Below are positions 1 to 10,800 of a stretch of DNA of 64,000 bases, in pieces (within the stretch, counting starts at the first letter, position 1; the number at the start of each line of letters is the position of its first letter). A program made the translations under genes and the position numbers. The notes under the pieces are model-generated. The model made no database searches, was not told the origin of the DNA, and saw only the letters and a program-made list of their open reading frames with translations. The DNA lies in the sequence record NZ_CP020429.2; one strand, 5' to 3'. This stretch comes from a plasmid.

Positions 1-414
1 ATAATTGGTACTGGAGCAAGTACTCAAGAAGTTGTTAACTTGACAGTTAGGGATATTGATATGCGTAAAAAAGGTATTTGGGTTGTTAGAAACAACGAGA
101 AACAGTTTATACGTTTTCTTCCTTTCACCATTCCTTACATAGCTCCATTTGTTAAGGAACGACGTGGACGCTGGGACTTAGACCCTTCTATACCGTCATT
201 ATTTTTAACCATGTTGAAAAAGCCTATGGGGAGAAATACAATAGGGCATCTAGCAAAGAACATTGGACATGCTTATGGTAAGGTAATTACTCCTAGTATT
301 TTAAAAGACAGCCACGCCTCTATTGTTTATAAAGAGACAGGTGATATTAAGAAAGTTGCTGAAATACAAGGATATAGTTTAGATAAGAATCACCTTATAA
401 GATTTATTGATTGA
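1..414 (+). CDS. tyrosine recombinase/integrase, C-terminal portion (5' end lies outside window)
   Basis: ORF open to window start; box-I-like NLTVRDIDM and C-terminal KVITPSIL..SHAS..GYS segment align to phage/ICE integrase C-termini; catalytic H/R/Y only partly conserved, may be degenerate. Confidence 0.5.
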   Translation: MIGTGASTQEVVNLTVRDIDMRKKGIWVVRNNEKQFIRFLPFTIPYIAPFVKERRGRWDLDPSIPSLFLTMLKKPMGRNTIGHLAKNIGHAYGKVITPSILKDSHASIVYKETGDIKKVAEIQGYSLDKNHLIRFID

Positions 415-532
415 TAGTATAAACTTGTCTCAAGATTAGTCAAAAGGTCAATTAAGGCCTTTTTTATGTCACTGGGTTACGAACAGTGACTTCTAAGTCT
501 ATAATGAATTTATAGAGAATTAAGGAGGTCTT

Positions 533-1438
533 ATGCTTAGAAAAAACAATGAAAAAAGAGGTTGTCTTGGCAATCTGATTTGGATACCGATAGCTATTGT
601 TGTTATGTTTTGTATAGCTGGATATGGTATGTCCCAAGGAATTAATGTACCTGGTATTTTATCTAGTGGCTTTAATGTTATTAGTAAAGGAGAACATGCC
701 AATTCAGGTGATGTCGGAAAATTATTTGGGAAATTTACTCCCAAGTCAGAATCTTCGGAAACAGGAAACAGTTCTTCTAAAACTAGTGGTGTAAAGTCTG
801 ATCCTTTCAGCTATAGTCCATTGCCTTTTGAAAACCATAAGCTAATGGTCAATGGAGATTTGGATAGTCTTGGTAGAGCAACATATGGTCACATCAGACT
901 AAAGTATTCGGACAAACCACAAGATGATAGGGAAAGTAAAATTAATGTTGATCCAGTCGGTTGGCATAACTATCGTTTTAAGTACGAAGATGAGTCTGGA
1001 AAAGTCAAAAAAGCTTATCTGATGAATCGTGGGCATCTTATTGGTTATCAGTTTTCTGGATTGAATTCTGAAATAAAAAATCTAGTACCTATGACACGCT
1101 ATTTGAATGCAGGTACGATGTCTGATAGTAAAACGGATGCTAATAATCCAAACGGTATGCTATACTACGAAAATGCACTAGCCAAATGGTTGAAGAAAAA
1201 CCAAAATATGTACTTAGATTATTGTGTTATTGCAAACTATACTGACAATGAGTTAGTACCTAGGACTGTAACGCTTTACTGGACATCCTTTGATGAAAAT
1301 GGGACACAATATGGAGTTGAACTATCAGAAGCAGGATTAGCAACGAGTGATGGAAATGTGAGTTCGGTCACACTTCAGAATGTTTCAAAGAATGCTAATA
1401 TTAACTACTTAGATGGTACAGCCACAAGTAATTACTAA
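533..1438 (+). CDS. secreted DNA/RNA non-specific endonuclease (EndA/streptodornase/NUC-like)
   Basis: N-terminal TM/signal segment; NRGHLIGYQ motif resembling DRGH catalytic motif of non-specific nucleases; good RBS ggagg upstream. Confidence 0.5.
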   Translation: MLRKNNEKRGCLGNLIWIPIAIVVMFCIAGYGMSQGINVPGILSSGFNVISKGEHANSGDVGKLFGKFTPKSESSETGNSSSKTSGVKSDPFSYSPLPFENHKLMVNGDLDSLGRATYGHIRLKYSDKPQDDRESKINVDPVGWHNYRFKYEDESGKVKKAYLMNRGHLIGYQFSGLNSEIKNLVPMTRYLNAGTMSDSKTDANNPNGMLYYENALAKWLKKNQNMYLDYCVIANYTDNELVPRTVTLYWTSFDENGTQYGVELSEAGLATSDGNVSSVTLQNVSKNANINYLDGTATSNY

Positions 1439-1865
1439 CATTGACTATAGAATGTTTTATGCTAAAATAAGAATCAGCGTAAGCGTTTGAACAACAAAAA
1501 GGGGGTTATAGCCTCTTTTTTGTTGATATAATGGAGTATTTATATTCTAATTTAAAGGGATAATCCTATTGAATCAGGTTTGGAGAGCAGTAGAATCTGT
1601 CAATGTATTCCATATCTTTAAACTCAGATACTAAAGTAAAGGGGAGCGACATGGTATAGGTTTGTCCGCTGTTCGACAGATTTTAGGGAGGTATCCTAAT
1701 TGTTCTTTGTCAACACGATTTAAAGACTATCATTTTAAATAGATGCTAAAAATAGAAGATGTTGTCCTTTTATGACGAAAAAACTACAGTTTATGACTTC
1801 AATGAAACTTTAGTTGTCTTTATATTATACTAATCTTGTAAATCATAAGAAAAGGAACGTCAATC

Positions 1866-2432
1866 ATGAAAACAACAACTAAACTCATTGGTATCCTATC
1901 AGCTCTTATTGTAGTTATCCTCGCTGTCTTTTTGGTAATTAAATTTAACAGCCATGAATCAGCTCGTGTTAGTACAAGTAGCAGTCCAGCCAAAACGATC
2001 AAGAATTCATCTTCAAGCTCAAGTAAAGCTATTAAGAAGGATAAGAAATCAGCTCATTCGTCATCTTCAGTAACTTCAAAAGAAGAAGAGAGCAATCAGG
2101 ATTCAGCAGTAGCGCCTAAAGCTTCCTCTCAAGAACAAGCTCAAGCAGGCACTACAGATGCTGGGCAAGTGGCTGAAGCAACAACACCAGCTTCTCAAGT
2201 TGGAGGAGTTGAAGGTGGTCGAGGTGCTTGGACAGCAACTTCTGGAACATTGACACTTGATGAGGAAACCCCTGTATATGCTGCACCAGATAAAGACAGT
2301 GGGGTTGTTTCTAAAATGCCTGCAGGTGATGTTGATTGGGATAAATATGAAATTTTACCTGATGGAAACTGGTATAGTTTTGTCAAAGATGGGCAACGTT
2401 ATTATATTTCATATTCAGATGTAGGACATTGA
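1866..2432 (+). CDS. membrane-anchored Ser-rich protein with C-terminal SH3-like wall-binding domain
   Basis: N-terminal TM helix, S-rich linker, C-terminal W..TSGTL..Y.SPDK..G..DWDKY..G.WYSF domain shared with 53360-53968. Confidence 0.5.
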   Translation: MKTTTKLIGILSALIVVILAVFLVIKFNSHESARVSTSSSPAKTIKNSSSSSSKAIKKDKKSAHSSSSVTSKEEESNQDSAVAPKASSQEQAQAGTTDAGQVAEATTPASQVGGVEGGRGAWTATSGTLTLDEETPVYAAPDKDSGVVSKMPAGDVDWDKYEILPDGNWYSFVKDGQRYYISYSDVGH

Positions 2433-2503
2433 TAAAGGATTAAGAAGTCTTTATAAAACACTGTTCAAGTCTATCAAGACTTTAAGATATACATGAAATA
2501 AAA

Positions 2504-2542
2504 GAAGACAGTAACTATTCTGAAGTTACTGTCTTTTTTTTG
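2504..2542 (+). terminator. rho-independent terminator
   Basis: AGACAGTAACTATTCTGAAGTTACTGTCT hairpin followed by T8. Confidence 0.6.
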
Positions 2543-2673
2543 GTCTTACGAAAACCACTAGCTATGCTAGTGGTCCCCAAAATTATTAAGCTATGTAGCA
2601 AAAAATACTAGAAACAGACTATTCAAATGTAAAACCTAACTCGATTAAAGAGGTTAAAGTTAAAAGTTGAGAC

Positions 2674-3981
2674 TTACTTACAAAATCTGATAGTTTGAGA
2701 AAAGAGATGATTTGCACTACGAGTGGTAATCGTAGATTTAGGGTATTTTTCCAATACGCTATTTACATTATGTAACCCAAGGCCTCTTCCTTCCCCTTTA
2801 CTAGAGTACCCCCTAGCAAAAATATGACTAACATCCACTTTTTCTGAATTTATACTATTTTCAACGATAAGTACCAATGAATCATCATTGTTTATGAAAA
2901 CAACAGTCATTCTAGGACTTGTGGCTTTAATGGTGGCTTCAATGGCATTATCACAAAGGACAGAAAGAACAGTTATGAAATCTAGTAATTCTATCCTAAA
3001 ATTACTAACAGGTTCGTCAATCTCAACAGAAATTGAAATTCCCCTATTTTGTGCCTCAAGTAATTTAGCGGAAAGAATACTTTTGATAGCATCATTCTTA
3101 ATATTACTAAGTTTAGCAATATCAAACTTACTATCATAGAATTGGTTTGCACTATCTCTAAGTACACCATTGTATACAGTTTTAATAGCTTCAATATCTT
3201 GATTATCAATTCCTAATTTTAGACTGGTCAAAATATTAATGTAGTCATGACGGAAACTTCTAATTTCCTCATAAAGTGATTCAACATGATGGCTGTAAAT
3301 AGATAGTTCATTTAATTGAGTATCTTTTTGATCAATTATTTCCTTCTCTAGTTTTTCTTTTGAAATTGCATTGAGATAGAGTAGCATTACAAAAAACAGA
3401 ACAATATAAAAGTTATTAATATGTCCTCTCCAATTATCTGCATCAGCTAATTTGTCTCTATAAATAACAAGTATAGAAACTAAGAGCATATATACAAACA
3501 TAGAGATGTTGATCAGTAACAATAAATACTTGAAATAGTAACGCTTGAAACCTTCTTTTATTTCGTTAAAATCTAACCTAAGAGATTTTACTATGAGTAA
3601 ATGAAGAGGGAAAACCAGTAATTCAATTAAGATATCATACCAACTTAGTTTGACTTCATTGAAGACAGAGACTCTTAGTAGAGGGAAAACGTAGAATGCT
3701 GACATTCTACCTAGCAAGCTTTCAACGATAACGGGGTACAAGCCATAAAAAATATCAAGTGTTTTACTACCATACTTATTTTGATATATGTTATAAGCAA
3801 TAAAGATAAAAAAGAAAGTAAAGTACCCAACAGGAGGACATATGATGAGGAGTAGAACATACAAAAATGGACCAATAATACACCACAAAGGTTTGATTGG
3901 TTGGTTACTAACCTGTTGAAACAGTAACAATGCTACTAAAATCTTAGAATAGAACAGAAATAAATTTATAACTATATCCAT
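2674..3981 (-). CDS. HPK10-family (AgrC/ComD/BlpH-like) peptide-sensing histidine kinase
   Basis: polytopic N-terminal domain; C-terminal SSKGEGRGLGLHNV G-box typical of HPK10 kinases. Confidence 0.8.
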   Translation of the reverse strand: MDIVINLFLFYSKILVALLLFQQVSNQPIKPLWCIIGPFLYVLLLIICPPVGYFTFFFIFIAYNIYQNKYGSKTLDIFYGLYPVIVESLLGRMSAFYVFPLLRVSVFNEVKLSWYDILIELLVFPLHLLIVKSLRLDFNEIKEGFKRYYFKYLLLLINISMFVYMLLVSILVIYRDKLADADNWRGHINNFYIVLFFVMLLYLNAISKEKLEKEIIDQKDTQLNELSIYSHHVESLYEEIRSFRHDYINILTSLKLGIDNQDIEAIKTVYNGVLRDSANQFYDSKFDIAKLSNIKNDAIKSILSAKLLEAQNRGISISVEIDEPVSNFRIELLDFITVLSVLCDNAIEATIKATSPRMTVVFINNDDSLVLIVENSINSEKVDVSHIFARGYSSKGEGRGLGLHNVNSVLEKYPKSTITTRSANHLFSQTIRFCK

Positions 3982-3990
3982 AGAAACACC

Positions 3991-4734
3991 TTAGCTTTTC
4001 AGAGATTTAACTTTTTCTAGGAGGCCCTTATATTTCGTACGCGAAATGGGACATTCATTATTATTTTCAAACATTACCATTTTATCTTCTTTATTGATCC
4101 TAACGATATTTTCAGGATTAACGATAAATGAACGATGGCATCGAAATAGGCGGTCATCAGCTCGTTCAACTTCTGAAATACTGGCGTAGAACTCCATGCG
4201 TTCTTCTTTAGTATGCAAAATAACTTTATGTATTGTTGGAGATGTTTCAAAAAATAAAATATTGTTAAAAGGCACTTGAACATGGGCCGTAGCTGTTTCA
4301 AAAGTAAATGAATCTTGGGCAATAGTGGCACCGATTTTATCCATGGTATATTCAATTGCTAAATGCACACGTTCATAAAACTCTTCATCATCCAAAGCTT
4401 TATCAATAAAATCTAGTGCAGCAACTCTATATTTAAAAGTGACTGGCATAAATTCTGAATGTGTTGTTACAAAAACAATTGTTGCATTAGGGTCTTTTTT
4501 CCGAATTTCTTTTGCAATGTCTAGCCCCTTTTTTTCTTCTCCTTTAATTTCAATATCTAAAAAGAAAAGTTGATGAGAACCTCTTTCGGTAATCGCATCA
4601 AGTAGCTGGCTAGGTTTTCCAAAAATCTCAGGTCCTTTACATTTTAGAGATTTTTTTGCAATAACATCCTTAATAACGGTCTCTATTCGTGTTTGTTGTA
4701 AAAATTCGTCTTCTAAAATAAAAATATTTAACAA
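3991..4734 (-). CDS. LytTR-family response regulator (AgrA/ComE/BlpR-like)
   Basis: receiver domain (ILEDE...D) plus C-terminal LytTR DNA-binding domain; immediately upstream of the kinase, same strand. Confidence 0.85.
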   Translation of the reverse strand: MLNIFILEDEFLQQTRIETVIKDVIAKKSLKCKGPEIFGKPSQLLDAITERGSHQLFFLDIEIKGEEKKGLDIAKEIRKKDPNATIVFVTTHSEFMPVTFKYRVAALDFIDKALDDEEFYERVHLAIEYTMDKIGATIAQDSFTFETATAHVQVPFNNILFFETSPTIHKVILHTKEERMEFYASISEVERADDRLFRCHRSFIVNPENIVRINKEDKMVMFENNNECPISRTKYKGLLEKVKSLKS

Positions 4735-5096
4735 TTAGTGTACTCCTCATTCGCTAAAATATTTAGTAATTGTGTCTTCCTTATCCTAAAACAAAAAACA
4801 TCGAAGTCTTTTCCAATATTAAAAATTATATGACTTGTTGTTTTAGATAAGAATGACATTATTTAGGGGTAATTAATGCATTTCTATGGCATCTAAATAA
4901 AAATCCATATTTCTTCTCCAAGTTAATATTGTAAAAGTAGTGATTGGAATAATAAAACCGTTATGTCGTAAACAGTCTAGAAACTATCATCATCAGTATA
5001 TTTTTATCTTATATGACAATAAATGAACCGTTTACGATATTTGACTAATTAAACGGTATAACCAAGCTATAATAAAAATAGAATTGGAGGAGAAGT

Positions 5097-5459
5097 ATGC
5101 TCAATATTGTAAAGCACTTTTGGTTGTTGATTACTGTAAAAAGGTATATAAGAAAATATAAGTTGAAAGTTAAAATTAGTAATCATTTTAATTCGTTAAG
5201 AATTACTACAGCAACCAATTGTCTATATTTTATCACACTTACACATGGATGTAACTATGGGAAAAAAGTCAAAAAAATTAGGCGGTGTAACGTTAGTGCA
5301 CAAATTATTTTATTGATACCAAACATTGATTATAAAAGAATATTCAATGAACATCTCGAACTCTTAGGTGTTATTGATATAAAAAAGTCATTAGCAGGAT
5401 TTACTAATGACATTAGTGGATATCTAGATTACTTTTTTAATATCGAAAAGGTGCACTAA
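5097..5459 (+). CDS. hypothetical protein (possible target gene of the adjacent TCS)
   Basis: ORF with RBS ggagg and -10 tataat; preceded by ACCGTTTA..TAAACGGT inverted repeat. Confidence 0.3.
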   Translation: MLNIVKHFWLLITVKRYIRKYKLKVKISNHFNSLRITTATNCLYFITLTHGCNYGKKVKKIRRCNVSAQIILLIPNIDYKRIFNEHLELLGVIDIKKSLAGFTNDISGYLDYFFNIEKVH

Positions 5460-5732
5460 CCTACCTGTACATTAATCAGTGTTGGAGTTTTATTGTCTTT
5501 TGAAAACCTCAGGGCTGCACTAGTAGTTCTTAAAAGTTTTTAGTGATGTATCCCAAAGTCCCTCTAAAGTATTATATTAGATTGGGTTTACCACCCAAGC
5601 GAAGTATTATTCCAAAGGGAAAAAGTAGTTTATAATCAGTTATCTTTACATTTGTTGCTCTCTAGCCTTGCATTGATATCAAAAATCTATATAATAATAA
5701 TTAAAACAGAGCCAGAAGAAAGGGTGAGAATT

Positions 5733-5876
5733 ATGTTTATGATCTTGGTTCTATTACTAACATTAGCGAGTTTCTTATATGTTACCATCGGTATCGCCAA
5801 GAAAATCTTTTCAATTTTCGCCTTAATTACACCAATTGTAGTCTTGGGTGTTGGGCTTCTTATCGCTATGAATTAA
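5733..5876 (+). CDS. small hydrophobic two-TM peptide (47 aa)
   Basis: MFMILVLLLTLASFLYVTIGIAKKIFSIFALITPIVVLGVGLLIAMN; RBS agggtgag. Confidence 0.35.
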   Translation: MFMILVLLLTLASFLYVTIGIAKKIFSIFALITPIVVLGVGLLIAMN

Positions 5877-5963
5877 CAAAAGTCAAGGGGGGTCACTATC
5901 TTACAGGTAGTGACCTTTTTTGTTATGCTTTTAATGTCAAAAAAGACATTAAAGGAGAAACAT

Positions 5964-7295
5964 ATGAAAGCACTTAAACTTATAAGAGAGGACGGTTATG
6001 AGAACGTCCATTATGCTAGTTTAGGGGAGCAAAAATTTAAAACATTGGTTATTGCAGATAGGAAAGATGAACAAGAACAATGGTTTGAGCAACCAGAAAT
6101 TGAATGTGTCCCAGAAGAAGTTTCAGATATCATTCGAAACTATACACTCCCATATATTGATCTTGGAAATACTGAAGATGAGTATTTGTTAGAACAAGCA
6201 ACTAATAAGGTTGTATCAGTTGTGGTAGAAAATGTGCTTGAAACACAGCCATTTATTCCTAGAAATAGAAATGGTCGCCCTATCGGTGAAGGTGTAGCTT
6301 TCTGCGATATGTTAGTAGGGCGTATCCAAAATGGAGAACTTGCTGGAACAGCAGTTTATATTAAACAAACTGAATCAGGCTTCCGCCAGCCAAAAGATTT
6401 CTTTAAAATGGTTGGACGGATTTTTCCTTGTAAATTAACTGAAATCCATATCCAAACTATCGACAATTATAAACTCACAATCAATAACCCATCAAACTAT
6501 GTTGTTGAAGGTAGTATTGAGTTAGCTGAGTGGTTAACTAATTATCAACTTCTTCAGCAAATTGAAAAGAGTAAAGATAACTCTTCTCGTAATCGAGATA
6601 GAAAAAACATCTTAGAACGTACTCATGAAGGTATTGTATCTGCCGTGATTAACAATGGTAGCAATGCAGGTATCATGGTAATGACCAAAAAATTACAAAC
6701 GGTATTTATTCCAAAACATAGGGTAAGTTATGAGTGTGATTCTTCATTTGTTAACCTAGACGAAGTAGTATCAGTCTTTGATAGGGTGGAATTTAAAATT
6801 ACCGGGGCCAATACCCAAAAACCAAGTCCAAATCAAAGAGAACGTCACATTATCCATGACTATATTCGTATTGAGGGAGATATGAAAGTTCTCGAAGAAG
6901 CACCTCAAGATGCTTTGATTGAGATGATCGATAATAAGAAAGTCATAGGACGATTGTTTAAAGTGCGATTTATCAGTTTTGACCCACAAAGTCTACATAC
7001 AGTAGAGTTGGTTGACTTTCCAGGAATCAAAATTAAAATGAAGGACTCAGGTTCTTTAAATAGAGTTCCTTTTAAGCAAGGAGATGAAATTTCAGTTGTT
7101 ATTCAAGATGCTCATTATCGCTGGGTAGACGCAAATAGCAGGGGGCGTCGAGTGGCTAAAAAAACTGAAGAAGTGAGCAGTAATTCACAGAATACGGAAG
7201 AGAAAAAATGTCTGTTTCGTATCAAATCACGTTTCAATAGTTTCTATCCAAATCGTGTGAACAGTAAAATCTTATCGACATTTTTTATTAGTTGA
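5964..7295 (+). CDS. hypothetical cytoplasmic protein (443 aa), possible OB/S1-like repeats
   Basis: long ORF, strong RBS aaaggag 7 nt upstream of ATG 5964; no recognisable catalytic motif. Confidence 0.55.
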   Translation: MKALKLIREDGYENVHYASLGEQKFKTLVIADRKDEQEQWFEQPEIECVPEEVSDIIRNYTLPYIDLGNTEDEYLLEQATNKVVSVVVENVLETQPFIPRNRNGRPIGEGVAFCDMLVGRIQNGELAGTAVYIKQTESGFRQPKDFFKMVGRIFPCKLTEIHIQTIDNYKLTINNPSNYVVEGSIELAEWLTNYQLLQQIEKSKDNSSRNRDRKNILERTHEGIVSAVINNGSNAGIMVMTKKLQTVFIPKHRVSYECDSSFVNLDEVVSVFDRVEFKITGANTQKPSPNQRERHIIHDYIRIEGDMKVLEEAPQDALIEMIDNKKVIGRLFKVRFISFDPQSLHTVELVDFPGIKIKMKDSGSLNRVPFKQGDEISVVIQDAHYRWVDANSRGRRVAKKTEEVSSNSQNTEEKKCLFRIKSRFNSFYPNRVNSKILSTFFIS

Positions 7296-7369
7296 GTCGC
7301 ATATAGTTCCCTCTGAAATGGGAACTTTTTGTTTACGTTCGGAACAGAAAAATTTAACAAGGAGGGATC

Positions 7370-7858
7370 ATGAATCATCACAATATCAATGCTATTGTCT
7401 ATTATTTGATAGTCTTTTTTCGGTATGTCTTACCTATTACCTTGGTCTTCATCGGTATCGGTAGGTGGAGTTATGCTAAATCTATCAATAATCCAGAGAA
7501 ACAAATCATGGGAGTAAATTTTGCCTTAAAATCAATTTTATTCTTATATATCGTTACTTTTATCCCTATTTTTATTATCTATGGACTCGCAATGATATCA
7601 AAGGGAGGAACACATAGTGGTGACTTCTCTATGATTAGTTTCGTAGAGGTCTTTACCCTAATAGAAATTCTAGCAGTTGGAATATTACCTGCATATGGTT
7701 TCATACAGGGATACATATATCACTATCAATGGTTGATTACAGAAGGTAAGAAAACAACAAGCTTACCTCGACGAAATCTATTCATTAGACTTGGAATAAT
7801 AAGTCCGATTGCTATTGTTGTATTTATGGAAGTCTTGAAAAAAATGTTTGCTTACTAG
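7370..7858 (+). CDS. integral membrane protein (4-5 TM)
   Basis: hydrophobic ORF with RBS aaggagg; directly upstream of ATPase. Confidence 0.5.
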   Translation: MNHHNINAIVYYLIVFFRYVLPITLVFIGIGRWSYAKSINNPEKQIMGVNFALKSILFLYIVTFIPIFIIYGLAMISKGGTHSGDFSMISFVEVFTLIEILAVGILPAYGFIQGYIYHYQWLITEGKKTTSLPRRNLFIRLGIISPIAIVVFMEVLKKMFAY

Positions 7859-7869
7859 AGAGGTGCTTT

Positions 7870-10800
7870 ATGCGGAAAATCTTAAAATTATTTTTTAATC
7901 GTTATTATACAAATGGTAAGCGAACTATAGATATCTTACTGTATTGTTGGCGAAAATATATTGATTGGGTATATCATATATCTTTTGGATTATTTGCTTT
8001 CAATATTATTATGTTTATCTTTAGATGGCGTTTACCTAATTGGGTATTTATATCTTTATTTATATTTTTGTTCGTTAATATGGCTTTAGTTTTATACATT
8101 GGTGTATGGCACAGTAATGTTACAAGTCGTCAAATTTTCGTGTTATTTGAAAAATATGATACCCTAAAACGAGCAGAACGAAAGAAGATTATTGCTAAGT
8201 ATGCTATAAGAGCAGCACTAGCAGCAGTACTTATATCTTCTGGATTATATGTACTAACAATCAATAACTTTATCTTATCCCTCATCAATCGTATGTATGA
8301 TGTAGCAGATAATTATCTCAAATATATGCCCTGGTCGATACCAAATGGAAGTCAGACAGGTATTGTATTAAGTTATCATACCCTAAAACCCTTAATAGGA
8401 GCTGACTGGTTCAACAGTTTGTTATTGTTAACTCCGATTGGAGCAATTGGTCTTATTTTTTACAATAGCTATGCGACTGGGATTGCTGAAAAAACCTATG
8501 AGAAACTTGTTGAGCAATGGCTAGGAGGACGTTACTTCCAAGATAGTGTATTAAGTAATATTGTTCATAATCAAGATGAAAAAGGTCAAGCAAATTTGGT
8601 TATGGGACTTAACTCTAAAACTGGAGAGCAAGTGATTTTACACGCTAACGAGAGGACTTATCACACTATTATCTTTGGTTTGATTGGTACTGGTAAATCG
8701 GCAACGATTCTGATTCCAGCAATGCTACAGGATATGGAAAATATGAAATACTATCTATTATCCTATCGTAAGTATTTGATGAAAGTAGATAAAGAACTGG
8801 AACAAGAATTCTTTAGCACAGAGTTTGAACGTAAGAAAAAAAGACGTGAATTGTTGGAGCAGTGGTATAACAATGGTTATGCTGCAGAGCTTACAAATGG
8901 TATTTATATGACTGAACCATCAGGTTCGATGTATGGCACAATTGTTAAGTACGCTCATAAAATGGGCTTCCCTGATGAAATGATTTGGACTCTAGATCCT
9001 ACTAACCCAGGAACTGGTGCAATAAATATTTTGGATGGAGATACTACTCAGGTGAAAGGGGCTGTTCGAGACTTATTTAAACGATTTAGTGATCCAAGTG
9101 GGACTGGTTCTTCTTTCTTCCTTAACCAAGAAGGACAACTTACTGATAATATCATTACGGTCATTAAAGAGGTAGCATTGATACCAGATGCCCCAATAAA
9201 CTACATGTTAAAAGGTAAATCTCCAACACTAACTGAATTCTCAAATATGTTGCGTTCTAGTGATTGGATTGAAGCCTATATTGCAGTTTTTGAACAATTA
9301 CTCAATCGAAAGAAAAGGCTTTTTGAAGAAACGTTGAAAAAGCATGAAGAGTTCTTAGAGCAGGAAAAAGAAAAGTGGTTAGAGGAATCAGAGTACAATC
9401 GTGAACACGAACAACTCTTTGATACTATCCTTAGACCAGAGAATGTTCATGAAGCTATAAACGCATTTAATGATGAAAGAAATAAACTTGAAAACCTCCA
9501 AAGTTCTTATGATTATTTCATCAATGCTCATCAATTAAATTCGTACACAGAGGAATATTATTATACCTTTGATGCTAACGTGTCTGGTCTAAAAGCAGTT
9601 ATTGATGACCTATCATCTTCACCAGAAATCCGTCGTGTATTTTTCTCTCAAAGTACCAAAGATTTAGATATTGTTTTAAAAACGGGTGGAATGATTTTGG
9701 TCAATTCTGCTAAAGGTGTTCTTGGTAAAGAAAAGTCTCGAATGGTAGCACAGATGGTGACACTAGTTATGCAAAATGCTGCTCAAAGACGTCTCCCAGA
9801 TAAGTCTCCATTCTTTGCTTTTTACGAAGATGAAAAGAATGGTTACTTGATGCCAGGTAATGATAGTAACTTCCTAGATGAGTCTCGTAAGTTCCATGTT
9901 CCAGTTATGCATGCTTATCAACATGATGAACAAATTAGGGATTCTATTGGCGAATCTGGGGCTGATGCAATCAAGATGTCTTATCGTAATGCCTTTACTT
10001 TCCAACAAACCTCAACAAAGGTTGTAGAGTTCATTAATCTACGTTCAGGAGGAAAACATTATTCACTTAAAGAAACCAAACGTGCAGCAAACGATGATCT
10101 CTTAGCAGGGAATCAAGGGAACTCAAGTGCGACTTCAGAGGAAGTAGTAGAAGAAGATAACTTCACTGCCAGAGATGCAAATAACCTAGAGAAATTCCAA
10201 GTTGGTGGTGTTATCGTCAGTGATGATGAAGTCTCAAATATGATTTATTTGACAACATCTCCGCATTTTGAAATGGATATTTCAAAGGACTCTTTTGTCT
10301 CACATACACCTTTCAATAAGGTTTATGGGCTTGGAGAGGAAGAACCGGAAATTGCAAAAGCATACAAGTTGTGGAGAGCAGAAGTGATAGAATATTACGC
10401 TCAAAAAGAGTCTGAAAGTCACCTCTATGAAAGTGATTTTACTGAAGAAGAATGGCAAGCAATTATGGATGTTAAGGTACCAAATGTTGATAGTAATGTA
10501 AATGATACAGTTGGTAAAAAAGATGATTCTCCATCAGTTAAAAGAACAATCTTAGTCAACGAAAGTATGACAGAACATAGAGAAAACACTTCAATTAGAG
10601 AAGAGATGACAGAGGACACTGAGCAAAAAGTGGAGGTCGATATCTCTGAAATTCCACCAGTTGTTGAAGAAAAACAAACTGTAAATAGCAAAAATGATAT
10701 TGGTGAGTTAGAGGATAAAGAAATAACTCAAAGAGTGATCCTAGCTCCATCATCTACACCCGAAACAGTCGATACTCAAAATATTCAAGCACCTAATCAA

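Noticed and set aside
520-3209. Antisense ORFs 520-744(-), 1820-2002(-), 2195-2386(-), 2888-3139(+), 2991-3209(-), 4074-4355(-)
   Set aside because: Each is fully embedded in the opposite strand of a longer, well-supported gene; none has a start signal.
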